A program made the translations under genes and the position numbers. 64,000 bases of DNA from Tannerellaceae bacterium (lineage in GTDB: Bacteria > Bacteroidota > Bacteroidia > Bacteroidales > Tannerellaceae). Below the pieces are notes generated by a model, which had not been told where the DNA came from, ran no database searches, and was given only the letters and a program-made list of their open reading frames with translations. The first letter of the stretch is position 1. Every line of letters begins with the position of its first letter. The stretch lies in assembly GCA_031274415.1 (NCBI GenBank), contig JAISQD010000054.1, positions 1,691 through 65,690 on the forward strand, written 5' to 3'. Of this stretch, positions 19,928 to 28,800 are shown piece after piece.

Positions 19928-20419
19928 TTATTTATTCTTTACCCATTCGACCAGAACCAGATCCTGGTCGTATATCCTCCAATAATAGGAGTGGTCGGGA
20001 GCGACCGGTTCGGGGAAAACATTTTTCACACGCTTGGTCACTTTTTTCGAAACCAAGTCGAAAGCCACCAGGTCTACGGAGTTGTCGAGATACATGATAT
20101 CTCCTTTTACCGCCATGTCGATACAGCCCGGCGCGACGATAAAGCCTTCGTTGACAGGATGCGCCGGGTCGCTGTTGTTGATGACATGCACTCCTTTATA
20201 CCGTTCATTCACATAGATATAAGGCGCCCGGCTGTAGATCTTTCCGGGATGCGCCAACGCGCGTCCGTCGCGGTAACTGACGGAATTTTCCAGGTCGGCG
20301 CGTTTCATAAACACCGGCCGGTATGCGCCGTAAGGCTCACCCATATAATCGGTTACCGATGAGGTATTGACCATAGCGATCAGGAAAAGAAAGAGAGAGA
20401 GGAAGATTGTATTTTTCAT
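19928..20419 (-). CDS. Secreted protein resembling the N-terminal LVIVD-associated region
   Basis: Signal peptide; PGKIY, YVNERYKGVHVINNSDP, PGCIDMAVK, LYLDNS-like segment (MYLDNS). Confidence 0.75.
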   Translation of the reverse strand: MKNTIFLSLFLFLIAMVNTSSVTDYMGEPYGAYRPVFMKRADLENSVSYRDGRALAHPGKIYSRAPYIYVNERYKGVHVINNSDPAHPVNEGFIVAPGCIDMAVKGDIMYLDNSVDLVAFDLVSKKVTKRVKNVFPEPVAPDHSYYWRIYDQDLVLVEWVKNK

Positions 20420-20445
20420 ACTGAATACCGTTTATTTTAAAGACA

Positions 20446-20474
20446 AAGATGCAAATTTATCTCTTTTCGTTGCA
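20446..20474 (-). promoter_or_regulatory. Putative ECF-sigma promoter for the LVIVD operon
   Basis: The minus strand reads TGCAAC-N17-GCATCT shortly before the first ATG. Confidence 0.4.
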
Positions 20475-20494
20475 TCGAAGCGAATTTTTTCCTG

Positions 20495-23107
20495 TTATTT
20501 CCCGGTAATAATCCGTTTGATCTCGCATAGTTTGTTCAGGGCTTCGAGGGGGGTGAGGTTGTTGACATCCGTATTTTTGATCTCGTCCCGTACCTGGCTG
20601 AGTACGGGGTCGTCCAGCTGAAAGAAATTGAGTTGATACCCCTCGCCGCCGGCGGCGATCCCTTTTACGGGCTTACCGATCCCATCCTGGCGGTTGTCGG
20701 ATTCCAGCTGTTTCAGTATCTCACCGGCGCGTTTGACGATGCTTTTCGGCATACCGGCCATTTTAGCTACATGGATACCAAAGCTATGCTCGCTGCCGCC
20801 GCGGACGAGCTTGCGGAGGAAGACCACCTTGTTGTCCACCTCTTTTACAGAGACGTTGTAGTTTTTGATCCGTTTGAACGAGCGTTCCATTTCGTTCAGC
20901 TCGTGATAATGCGTCGCAAAAAGGGTTTTAGCCCGCATGGCGGAATGTTCGTGGATATATTCGACAATCGCCCAGGCAATGGATATCCCGTCGTAGGTAC
21001 TTGTCCCGCGTCCCAGTTCGTCAAAGAGGATCAGGCTGCGGGAAGAGAGGTTGTTGAGGATATCCGACGCTTCATTCATTTCAATCATAAAGGTCGATTC
21101 CCCCACAGAGATATTGTCCGAAGCGCCCACGCGCGTAAAGATCTTATCTACCAGCCCGATGTGCGCACTTCCGGCAGGGACGAAACAGCCGGTCTGCGCC
21201 AGGAGCGTAATCAGCGCCGTTTGCCGCAGCAGGGCTGATTTACCGGCCATGTTCGGGCCGGTTATCATGATGATCTGTTGCCGCTGGTTGTCGAGGTAGA
21301 CGTCATTGGCGATGTAGGGTTCGCCCAAGGGCAACTGCTTCTCTATCACCGGATGACGGCCTGCCTTGATGTCAATGACATCCGTTTCGTCGATCAGCGG
21401 ACGGATATAGCGGTTGCTTTGCGCCGTTTTAGCAAAAGAGAGCAGGCAGTCGAGCTGCCCGATGAGGGCGGCGTCCGTTTTAATGGGGGAAATATATTTC
21501 GTGAGGCAGTTGGCCAACGCATTGAACAGCCGCCCCTCCAGCGCTACGATCTTCTCTTCGGCGCCGAGGATCTTCTCCTCATATTCCTTTAATTCCCCCG
21601 TGATGTAACGTTCGGCATTGATCAGCGTCTGCTTGCGGATCCAGTCGGCGGGGACTTTATCCTTATGGGTATTACGCACCTCGATGTAGTACCCGAAGAC
21701 GTTGTTGTAGGCGATCTTCAGGCTCGAAATGCCGGTACGCTCTATCTCGCGCTGCTGCACCTGCAGGAGGTAATCCTTGCCGGAATAGGCGATCGTACGC
21801 AGTTCGTCCAGCTCCGCATCGACCCCTTTTGCAATGACCCCTCCCTTGGCGAGCAGGGCGGGCGGGTCGGGGTGGATCTCCTTTTCTATCCTCGCGCAGA
21901 TATCCGCGCAGGTATCCATTTGTCCGCCGATGCGGCACAGGCTGGGCTCGTCGCTCGCGAGGCAGGCCTCCTTCACCGGCTCAATCGCCCGCAAAGCCGT
22001 TTTCAGCTGCACCACTTCGCGTGGCGAAACCCGCCCGACGGCTACTTTAGAGATGATACGCTCCAGGTCGCCGATCTGCCCCAATTGCTCTTCCAACAGC
22101 TCTTTCATCTCCGGGTGGCGGAAAAGGTACTCGACCACATCCTGCCGCTCCTGTATGGGCTTGACCTCTTTCAACGGGAAAAGCACCCAGCGGCGGAGCA
22201 TCCGCGACCCCATCGGGGAGATCGTCCTGTCGATGATATCGAGCAAACTGACCCCTCCCTCGTTCATCGAATCGATCAGCTCCAGGCTGCGTACCGTAAA
22301 CTTGTCCAACCGCACATACCTGTCTTCCTCAATACGGGAGAGGGAAAGGATATGCGACACGTGCGTATGGTGCGTCACATCTAAGTAGTGAAGCACCGCG
22401 CCGGCAGCCGTGACGCCCCATTTCATATGCTGGACGCCAAAGCCTTTCAGGTTTTTCGTCTCAAAATGTTTCAACAGCCGTTCGACGGCGGATTCGGGGG
22501 TGAAGACCCAGTCTTCCAGCTCAAACGTGAGGAAACGGGAGCCGAAACAGTCTTCAAAACGTTTGCGGTTCGACCGCTCGATCAGCACCTCTTTGGGAGA
22601 GAAACCGTTCAGTAACTTGTCGATATACTCCACCGTCCCTTCGGAGGCCAGGAACTCGCCGGTGGAAATATCCAGGAAAGAGACGCCGCACCGCTCTTTC
22701 CCGAAATGAACCGACGCCAGGAAGTTATTCTCTTTGTGGTTCAGGACAGTATCGTTGGTGGAAACGCCGGGAGTGACCAGCTCGGTGACGCCCCGTTTCA
22801 CTAACTTTTTGGTCATCTTCGGGTCTTCCAGCTGGTCGCAAATCGCCACCCGCTTACCCGCGCGTACCAGCTTCGGCAGGTAGGTATCCAATGCGTGATG
22901 GGGGAAACCGGCCATCTCGATAAACCGGCCGGAGCCGTTCGCCTTTTTTGTCTGTACAATCCCGACGATATCGGCGCCCGTCACGGCGTCTTCTCCATAC
23001 ATCTCATAAAAATCTCCGACCCGGAATAAAATAATGGCGTCGGGATGCTTCGCTTTGATATCGAAGTATTGCTTCATGAGCGGGGTTTCAACGATTTGCT
23101 TTGCCAC
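20495..23107 (-). CDS. mutS: DNA mismatch repair protein MutS
   Basis: [23 protein letters not shown] Walker [17 protein letters not shown]; likely GTG start at 23107. Confidence 0.98.
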   Translation of the reverse strand: MAKQIVETPLMKQYFDIKAKHPDAIILFRVGDFYEMYGEDAVTGADIVGIVQTKKANGSGRFIEMAGFPHHALDTYLPKLVRAGKRVAICDQLEDPKMTKKLVKRGVTELVTPGVSTNDTVLNHKENNFLASVHFGKERCGVSFLDISTGEFLASEGTVEYIDKLLNGFSPKEVLIERSNRKRFEDCFGSRFLTFELEDWVFTPESAVERLLKHFETKNLKGFGVQHMKWGVTAAGAVLHYLDVTHHTHVSHILSLSRIEEDRYVRLDKFTVRSLELIDSMNEGGVSLLDIIDRTISPMGSRMLRRWVLFPLKEVKPIQERQDVVEYLFRHPEMKELLEEQLGQIGDLERIISKVAVGRVSPREVVQLKTALRAIEPVKEACLASDEPSLCRIGGQMDTCADICARIEKEIHPDPPALLAKGGVIAKGVDAELDELRTIAYSGKDYLLQVQQREIERTGISSLKIAYNNVFGYYIEVRNTHKDKVPADWIRKQTLINAERYITGELKEYEEKILGAEEKIVALEGRLFNALANCLTKYISPIKTDAALIGQLDCLLSFAKTAQSNRYIRPLIDETDVIDIKAGRHPVIEKQLPLGEPYIANDVYLDNQRQQIIMITGPNMAGKSALLRQTALITLLAQTGCFVPAGSAHIGLVDKIFTRVGASDNISVGESTFMIEMNEASDILNNLSSRSLILFDELGRGTSTYDGISIAWAIVEYIHEHSAMRAKTLFATHYHELNEMERSFKRIKNYNVSVKEVDNKVVFLRKLVRGGSEHSFGIHVAKMAGMPKSIVKRAGEILKQLESDNRQDGIGKPVKGIAAGGEGYQLNFFQLDDPVLSQVRDEIKNTDVNNLTPLEALNKLCEIKRIITGK

Positions 23108-23220
23108 TGTCTGATCTGTTTTGATGGACAAAGATAGCGAATTATGAAACAGCATTGTTGGTGTAACCGACTAAATTTGTACATTTGCCAAAAACAAATG
23201 TCAAAAGAAAGGAGAAGAAT

Positions 23221-23889
23221 ATGAATATTTTCAAAGCAATCCAACAACGTCATTCGGTACGTTGCTATACAGACCGGAAAATAGAAGGAGATGTGGCCGC
23301 GAAATTGTGGGGCTACGTGGATAAATGTAACGAAAAAAGTGGGTTGAACATGCAGCTTTGCCTCGATGAACCAGACGCGTTCGACAGCTTTAAGGCACAC
23401 TACGGCTCTTTTTCAAATGTGAGAAACTACCTCGCTATTGTCGGCACAAAAGGGGATGATCTGGAAGAGAAATGCGGCTATTGGGGAGAAAAGGTGCTCC
23501 TGTTTGCCACACAACTGGGGCTGTCCTCCTGCTGGGTTGTGCTGACATACAGCAAGAAAAAATGCGTCTGCTGCATAAAGGAGGGCGAAAAGCTCTGTTG
23601 TGTGATCGCCCTTGGCTACGGAGAAACCGCCGGAACGGCGCATAAATCCAAACCCATCGCGATGCTCGCCAAAGCGAACGGACAAATGCCCGCCTGGTTT
23701 GAAGCCGGCGTGCAGGCCGCCATGCTCGCCCCCACCGCCATGAATCAGCAGAAATTCCGGTTCACCCTAACCACCCCCACCACCGTAATCGCCCAAGCCG
23801 GCAAAGGTTTCTTCACAAAAATCGACCTCGGCATCGTAAAATGCCATTTCGAAATAGGGGCAAACAGCGACTTCTGGAAATGGGGATGA
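23221..23889 (+). CDS. Nitroreductase-family protein
   Basis: AIQQRHSVRCY, GLSSCWV, IALGY, LAPTAMNQQ, DLGIVKCHFE. Confidence 0.88.
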   Translation: MNIFKAIQQRHSVRCYTDRKIEGDVAAKLWGYVDKCNEKSGLNMQLCLDEPDAFDSFKAHYGSFSNVRNYLAIVGTKGDDLEEKCGYWGEKVLLFATQLGLSSCWVVLTYSKKKCVCCIKEGEKLCCVIALGYGETAGTAHKSKPIAMLAKANGQMPAWFEAGVQAAMLAPTAMNQQKFRFTLTTPTTVIAQAGKGFFTKIDLGIVKCHFEIGANSDFWKWG

Positions 23890-24047
23890 ACAAGGGGAGA
23901 ATCATCTGGCAGAAAAAGCGTATAGCTATATTTTGCGTGAAGTGTTGAACTGGGGGATTTTATTGTAAAATATATGCCGTATATTAGGGATGAACAAAGA
24001 TAAATAGTTATTTTTGTTCTCTATTGATTTTTTATATGATTAACAGT

Positions 24048-24347
24048 ATGAAAATAACAGTTGAAAACGGACAGGAAATGACGATCAGTCTTTCCGGCCA
24101 ATTAGACACGCTAACGGCTGCCGAGTTTGAAAAAGAGATACAAAAAGCATTGAAAGAGGAGCAAAACCACGTCGTCTTGAATGGGGAAGGGCTGACATAT
24201 ATCAGCAGCGCCGGACTCCGGCTTCTCCTTACCTTACAAAAAGGAATGAAAAACAAAGGAGGTACACTGAAGCTAAAAAATATCCGGCAGGAGATTATGG
24301 AAATATTCCATATTACCGGTTTCTCTTCTATACTGACCATTGAGTAA
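24048..24347 (+). CDS. STAS-domain anti-sigma-factor antagonist (RsbV/SpoIIAA-like)
   Basis: LSGQLDT, YISSAGLR with the phospho-Ser, IFHITGF. Confidence 0.93.
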   Translation: MKITVENGQEMTISLSGQLDTLTAAEFEKEIQKALKEEQNHVVLNGEGLTYISSAGLRLLLTLQKGMKNKGGTLKLKNIRQEIMEIFHITGFSSILTIE

Positions 24348-24372
24348 CTTTTAGGATAACCCCCTCCGGAAG

Positions 24373-24786
24373 ATGGCAGAACCTCTACATATAAAGAACG
24401 ATATCAATCAGTTGACAAAGGTAAACGAATACCTCCAACAAGCCGTCTGGGAACTCGCGTTAAGCGCCTCAGCCCGGATGAGCCTCAAGCTGGCCGTCGA
24501 AGAGGCCGTCGTGAATGCCATCCTGTATGCCTATCCCGGAGAGACGGAGAAAGATATCTTTGTCCGTTTGGAATACAACGAAGAAAAAATAACCGTCGTC
24601 ATGACCGATTACGGCCGGCCTTTCGACCTCACGGCCAGTAAGGATCCCGATATTTCACTGCCCCTGGAGGAGCGCCCCATCGGAGGGTTGGGCGCTTTCC
24701 TTGTCAAGCAGCTGATGACGGAGGTGTCGTACCGCCGCGTAGGAAACAGGAATGTATTAACCATGGTCAAACTGATACACCCATAG
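24373..24786 (+). CDS. Anti-sigma factor/Ser kinase (RsbW-like HATPase_c)
   Basis: LAVEEAVVNAILYAY, DYGRPFD, ERPIGGLGAFLV. Confidence 0.92.
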   Translation: MAEPLHIKNDINQLTKVNEYLQQAVWELALSASARMSLKLAVEEAVVNAILYAYPGETEKDIFVRLEYNEEKITVVMTDYGRPFDLTASKDPDISLPLEERPIGGLGAFLVKQLMTEVSYRRVGNRNVLTMVKLIHP

Positions 24787-24789
24787 CGT

Positions 24790-25932
24790 ATGCCCGACTT
24801 CAACATCAAAGACATCGCCAAATTAAGGCAGAGGATAAAGAACATCGAACGGATTACCTTAGTGGGGGTCGTCCTGACCGTCGCCGCTTTCTATTACGAC
24901 CAGCACCCTATCGCCGAGATTCTTTGTGTCATCCTGATCGCCCTGTATGTGGCCAAAAAAATACTGGGAAAACGGCTCAGACAAAAAGAATACTTAGCCA
25001 AAGTGGTCGAAGAACAGACCATCGAACTTCGTGTGCAGCGCGACCAGGTGCTGATGGAATCCGAAAAGCTATCGGCCGCCCTGGCTGCGCTTGCCGAAGC
25101 CCAGGACGAATTGGTGCGCAGCGAGCGCTTCGCCACCGTAGGGCTACTGACCAAAGGGTTGGTCGACCGGATCCTCAACCCGCTGAATTATATCAACAAC
25201 TTCGCCGGCCTCTCCGTCGAACTGATTCAAGACCTGGAGAAAAACCTGCGGGAAGAAGCCGTACCGACAAAGGAGACATACGACGAAACACTGGAAGTCG
25301 TAGGTATGATCAGCGGAAACCTCGCTAAAATAGGCGAACACGGAGCCAATACCGTCCGGATCGTGAAAGCCATGGAAGAGCTGCTGAAAGACCGGAAAGG
25401 CAAGATGGTCGCGACAGATATCAACAACCTTTGCAAGGTGAATATCGACGTCATCGCTAAGCTCTTCGCCAAAGAAATCGAAGAAAAACAGATACACATC
25501 ACGTTCAATGGGCTTACCCTGGCGCTGATGATCGACCTGAACATTGAGCAGATGAGTAAGGCGTTACTTCACATCCTCAAAAACAGCGTGTACGCCCTGC
25601 TGAAAAAGGCCTCAAAAGAACCATTCACACCCGAACTGTCCGTCGGACTGGAGAAGCAGGATGCCATGATCGCCATCACTATCCACGACAATGGCACAGG
25701 CTTGGAAGACAGCATAAAAGACAAGATATTCGAGCCTTTCTTCACGACCAAACCCACCGCCGAAGCCGCCGGAATAGGGCTGTATATCACGCGTGAAGCC
25801 ATCCTGAACCATAAAGGTACAATAGAGGTCAAAAGCGAGAAAAACCACTATTGCGAAATAACCATCACCATACCCATTCATCAAAATACAGAGAATACAG
25901 ATAATACCGAAAACAATGAACGACTTGAGTAA
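24790..25932 (+). CDS. Membrane-anchored histidine-kinase-like protein lacking the phosphoacceptor His
   Basis: Two TM helices, coiled coil, H-box equivalent GLVDRILNPL, DNGTG, IFEPFFTTK, AEAAGIGL. Confidence 0.85.
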   Translation: MPDFNIKDIAKLRQRIKNIERITLVGVVLTVAAFYYDQHPIAEILCVILIALYVAKKILGKRLRQKEYLAKVVEEQTIELRVQRDQVLMESEKLSAALAALAEAQDELVRSERFATVGLLTKGLVDRILNPLNYINNFAGLSVELIQDLEKNLREEAVPTKETYDETLEVVGMISGNLAKIGEHGANTVRIVKAMEELLKDRKGKMVATDINNLCKVNIDVIAKLFAKEIEEKQIHITFNGLTLALMIDLNIEQMSKALLHILKNSVYALLKKASKEPFTPELSVGLEKQDAMIAITIHDNGTGLEDSIKDKIFEPFFTTKPTAEAAGIGLYITREAILNHKGTIEVKSEKNHYCEITITIPIHQNTENTDNTENNERLE

Positions 25933-26743
25933 ACGGATAGAATACCTGGAAAAACAGATCAGCCAACAGGAAAAGCTGGCCTCACTGGGCATGCTCAGTG
26001 CGGGTATCGTTCACGAAATACAGAATCCCCTGAATTTTGTTATCAACTTCAGTAAGCTCTCTTCCAAACTGTTGAAAGATATGGAAGAGGTTCTTTCGGA
26101 AGTACAGGAGGCCTTTTCGGAAGCGTCCAAAGAGGAGATCAACGACATCCTCTCCGACCTGAAAAACAATATCGCCAAAATAGAGGAAAACGGCAACCGC
26201 GTATCCAACATCATACGGGGCATACTTCTCTATTCACGCGGGAAAGACGACTATACGCCTACTGATCTGAGAGAACTTGTACACGAATACATCTGGCTCT
26301 CCTACCATGCCGTAAAAGCCGGCTACAAGAATTTCAACGTCAGTATCCAGGAAGATTATAAAGAAGATATCCCCCTCCTGAATATCATCCCGCAAGACGT
26401 GAGCAGGGCTGTCCTGAACATCATGAACAATGCCTGCTATGCCGTCTACAGCAAGCTGAAAGCGGACTCGGAGACATCCTATTCGCCTACCATAAAGGTG
26501 AGCATCAAGAAAGAGGAAGGAAAGGTCTACCTTGTTATTGAAGACAACGGAACCGGCATCCCCGACGATGTATACGAAAAGCTATACACGCCCTTTTTTA
26601 CGACCAAACCCATTGGCGAAGGAACAGGGCTGGGGCTATCCATCAGCAAATCAATCATTGAGGGTAAACATAACGGAACAATCGAAGTGGAAACAAAGGT
26701 AAACGAATTTACCCGTTTTACGATTTCCCTTCCTCTATCATAA
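25916..26743 (+). CDS. Cytoplasmic, sensor-less histidine kinase (NtrB-like)
   Basis: EKLASLGMLSAGIVHEIQNPL, NIMNNA, DNGTGI, PFFTTKPIGEGTGLGL. Confidence 0.92.
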   Translation: MNDLSKRIEYLEKQISQQEKLASLGMLSAGIVHEIQNPLNFVINFSKLSSKLLKDMEEVLSEVQEAFSEASKEEINDILSDLKNNIAKIEENGNRVSNIIRGILLYSRGKDDYTPTDLRELVHEYIWLSYHAVKAGYKNFNVSIQEDYKEDIPLLNIIPQDVSRAVLNIMNNACYAVYSKLKADSETSYSPTIKVSIKKEEGKVYLVIEDNGTGIPDDVYEKLYTPFFTTKPIGEGTGLGLSISKSIIEGKHNGTIEVETKVNEFTRFTISLPLS

Positions 26744-26756
26744 AAGAAATAGAATT

Positions 26757-27923
26757 ATGCCTGTTAAGATTTTAAGCGTCGACGACGAACAAGATATGGA
26801 AATATTGTTGACCCAGTATTTCCGCCGGAAAATCAAAAAGGGAGAATACGAATTTGCCTTTGCACACAATGGCGTGGAAGCCTTGCAAATGCTCCTTGCA
26901 CACCCCGATTTCGACATCATCCTGAGCGATATCAATATGCCTGAAATGGATGGGCTGACCCTGCTGACCCGGATAAACGAGATGCGCAACCCGGCATTGA
27001 AATGCATCATGGTCTCTGCCTACGGAGACATGGAAAACATCCGTACAGCCATGAACAGGGGAGCGTTCGACTTTACCACAAAGCCGATCAACCTCGAAGA
27101 TATGGAATGTACGATCGAAAAGGCGATCGAACAGATTGCCTTTATCAAGAATGCCCAGAAAGAACATACGCAACTCAAGTCGATCCAGTCAGACCTGAAA
27201 GTGGCAAAAGAGATACAGGAAACCATCCTCCCTAAGAAATTCCCTCCCTTTCCATGCCTGCCGACATTCGACATCTATGCCTCCATGAATGCCGCCGATT
27301 ATGTGGGAGGCGATTTCTACGACTTTTTCCTCATCGACGGCGACCGGCTGGGGTTTGTCGTGGCCGATGTGTCGGGGAAAGGCATCCCCGCCGCCATCTT
27401 CATGGCCATCAGCCGCACGGTGATCCGCGCTATCGCCCTGGCCGGAAACTCCGCCTCCCAATGCATGAAACGCTCCAACCAGATCCTTTGTCAGGAGAGT
27501 GTAAACGAGATGTTTGTCACGGCCTTTTACGGCATCATGAACATTCAGAGCGGCACCATTACCTATTGCAACGCAGGACATAATCCCCCCGTCCTGATCC
27601 GCAAAAATGAGGAGGTGTCGTTTCTCCCGCTGACGAACGATATGATTCTCGGCGCATTCCACGACACGGAATTTCACGAAAAGGAGGTAGCCCTCCGCCC
27701 CGGCGACAGCCTGTTCCTCTACACCGACGGCGTGACCGAAGCGATGAACCTCCGCAAGGAGCCTTACAACAACGCCCGCCTGCTGGAAAACTGCCAATCC
27801 ATGAAAGAATGCAGTCCCGAAGAAATGGTAAATAGAATAGCCGGTTCCATCAACGACTTCGCAAACGGAACCGTGCAATCGGATGATATCACCCTGTTAT
27901 CCATCATCTATAACGGGCGTTGA
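26757..27923 (+). CDS. Receiver domain fused to a PP2C/SpoIIE phosphatase (RsbP/RsbU-like)
   Basis: VDDE, SDINMP, TTKP receiver motifs; VGGDFYD, VADVSGKG, NAGHNPP, YTDGVTEA, SDDIT. Confidence 0.95.
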   Translation: MPVKILSVDDEQDMEILLTQYFRRKIKKGEYEFAFAHNGVEALQMLLAHPDFDIILSDINMPEMDGLTLLTRINEMRNPALKCIMVSAYGDMENIRTAMNRGAFDFTTKPINLEDMECTIEKAIEQIAFIKNAQKEHTQLKSIQSDLKVAKEIQETILPKKFPPFPCLPTFDIYASMNAADYVGGDFYDFFLIDGDRLGFVVADVSGKGIPAAIFMAISRTVIRAIALAGNSASQCMKRSNQILCQESVNEMFVTAFYGIMNIQSGTITYCNAGHNPPVLIRKNEEVSFLPLTNDMILGAFHDTEFHEKEVALRPGDSLFLYTDGVTEAMNLRKEPYNNARLLENCQSMKECSPEEMVNRIAGSINDFANGTVQSDDITLLSIIYNGR

Positions 27924-27942
27924 GAAGAATAAAGGAGGACCT

Positions 27943-28764
27943 TTACTTCAGCAGGGCGTCGCGGATACCGGCAATTTCGGCATTGGCGTTTCGGGCTGCC
28001 TTGACAGACGTCACTTGATCTTTTAACGGGCTAATGATGTCGGCCAACTGCGCCAGGTCGGGATAATAAGCGGCCAGGTCGGTGGTGATCTGTCCCAGTA
28101 TGTCCAACCGTTTCAACTGGTTATCGGTCAGGCCGGCTAAGGCGACGTCGCCCTGTACCACCAACGACGGATTGGCATATACGAGCGCCAGTTCGGTAGC
28201 CAGGCCGCCAAACAGTTCGATCTGAATATCCACCTTGTTGTCGGCCACCAACTCCTCAATGATCCGGTCTTCCTGATCTTCAAGGAACTTGGCATACTCA
28301 TCATGGGATGAGGGCGCCGGCGATTCTTGCCTGAGGATATTCAGCACATAGGTGATGTTCAGGTCGGAAGTCAGCTTTGCCAATACGCCCTCCACGTCGG
28401 TGGTTGGCTGTCCCAGCGCTTTGAGTATGTTGTAGTCGGCAAAATAGATGCCGATAGCGCGGGCTTTTTGTGCCGCCGACGTCAATTCGGACGCTTTCGA
28501 TACCGGCAACATATACGACAGGTTACCCACTCCAATCTTCACTTCGCCGGCGGCCACGCGATAGGGAATATCCGAATTCGGGAGGTCTTTCAGCAACTGG
28601 ACAGTCTCCGCTTTCACCTCCTCGGTCAATAAGCTTTTAGGGATGCTCCCTGCTATAACGGCCGCCTCTTCCGTCTGGGCAGTCTCTTTTTTAGCGCCGC
28701 TACAAGCTGTCAAACTAAACATAAATGCTGCTGCAATGAGCAGGCTCATCATACTTTTTTTCAT
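27943..28764 (-). CDS. Hypothetical helical lipoprotein
   Basis: Lipobox LTA-C; lies immediately downstream of the ABC transporter gene. Confidence 0.75.
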   Translation of the reverse strand: MKKSMMSLLIAAAFMFSLTACSGAKKETAQTEEAAVIAGSIPKSLLTEEVKAETVQLLKDLPNSDIPYRVAAGEVKIGVGNLSYMLPVSKASELTSAAQKARAIGIYFADYNILKALGQPTTDVEGVLAKLTSDLNITYVLNILRQESPAPSSHDEYAKFLEDQEDRIIEELVADNKVDIQIELFGGLATELALVYANPSLVVQGDVALAGLTDNQLKRLDILGQITTDLAAYYPDLAQLADIISPLKDQVTSVKAARNANAEIAGIRDALLK

Positions 28765-28800
28765 TTTTGTTTCTCAAATTAAATTTACGCTCTTTTATTT

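Noticed and set aside
20633-22709. Several long + strand ORFs opposite mutS
   Set aside because: These are antisense shadow frames of a GC-rich gene with no recognisable motifs; the same applies to shadows over the U32 gene, cydA, oadAB and leuS.
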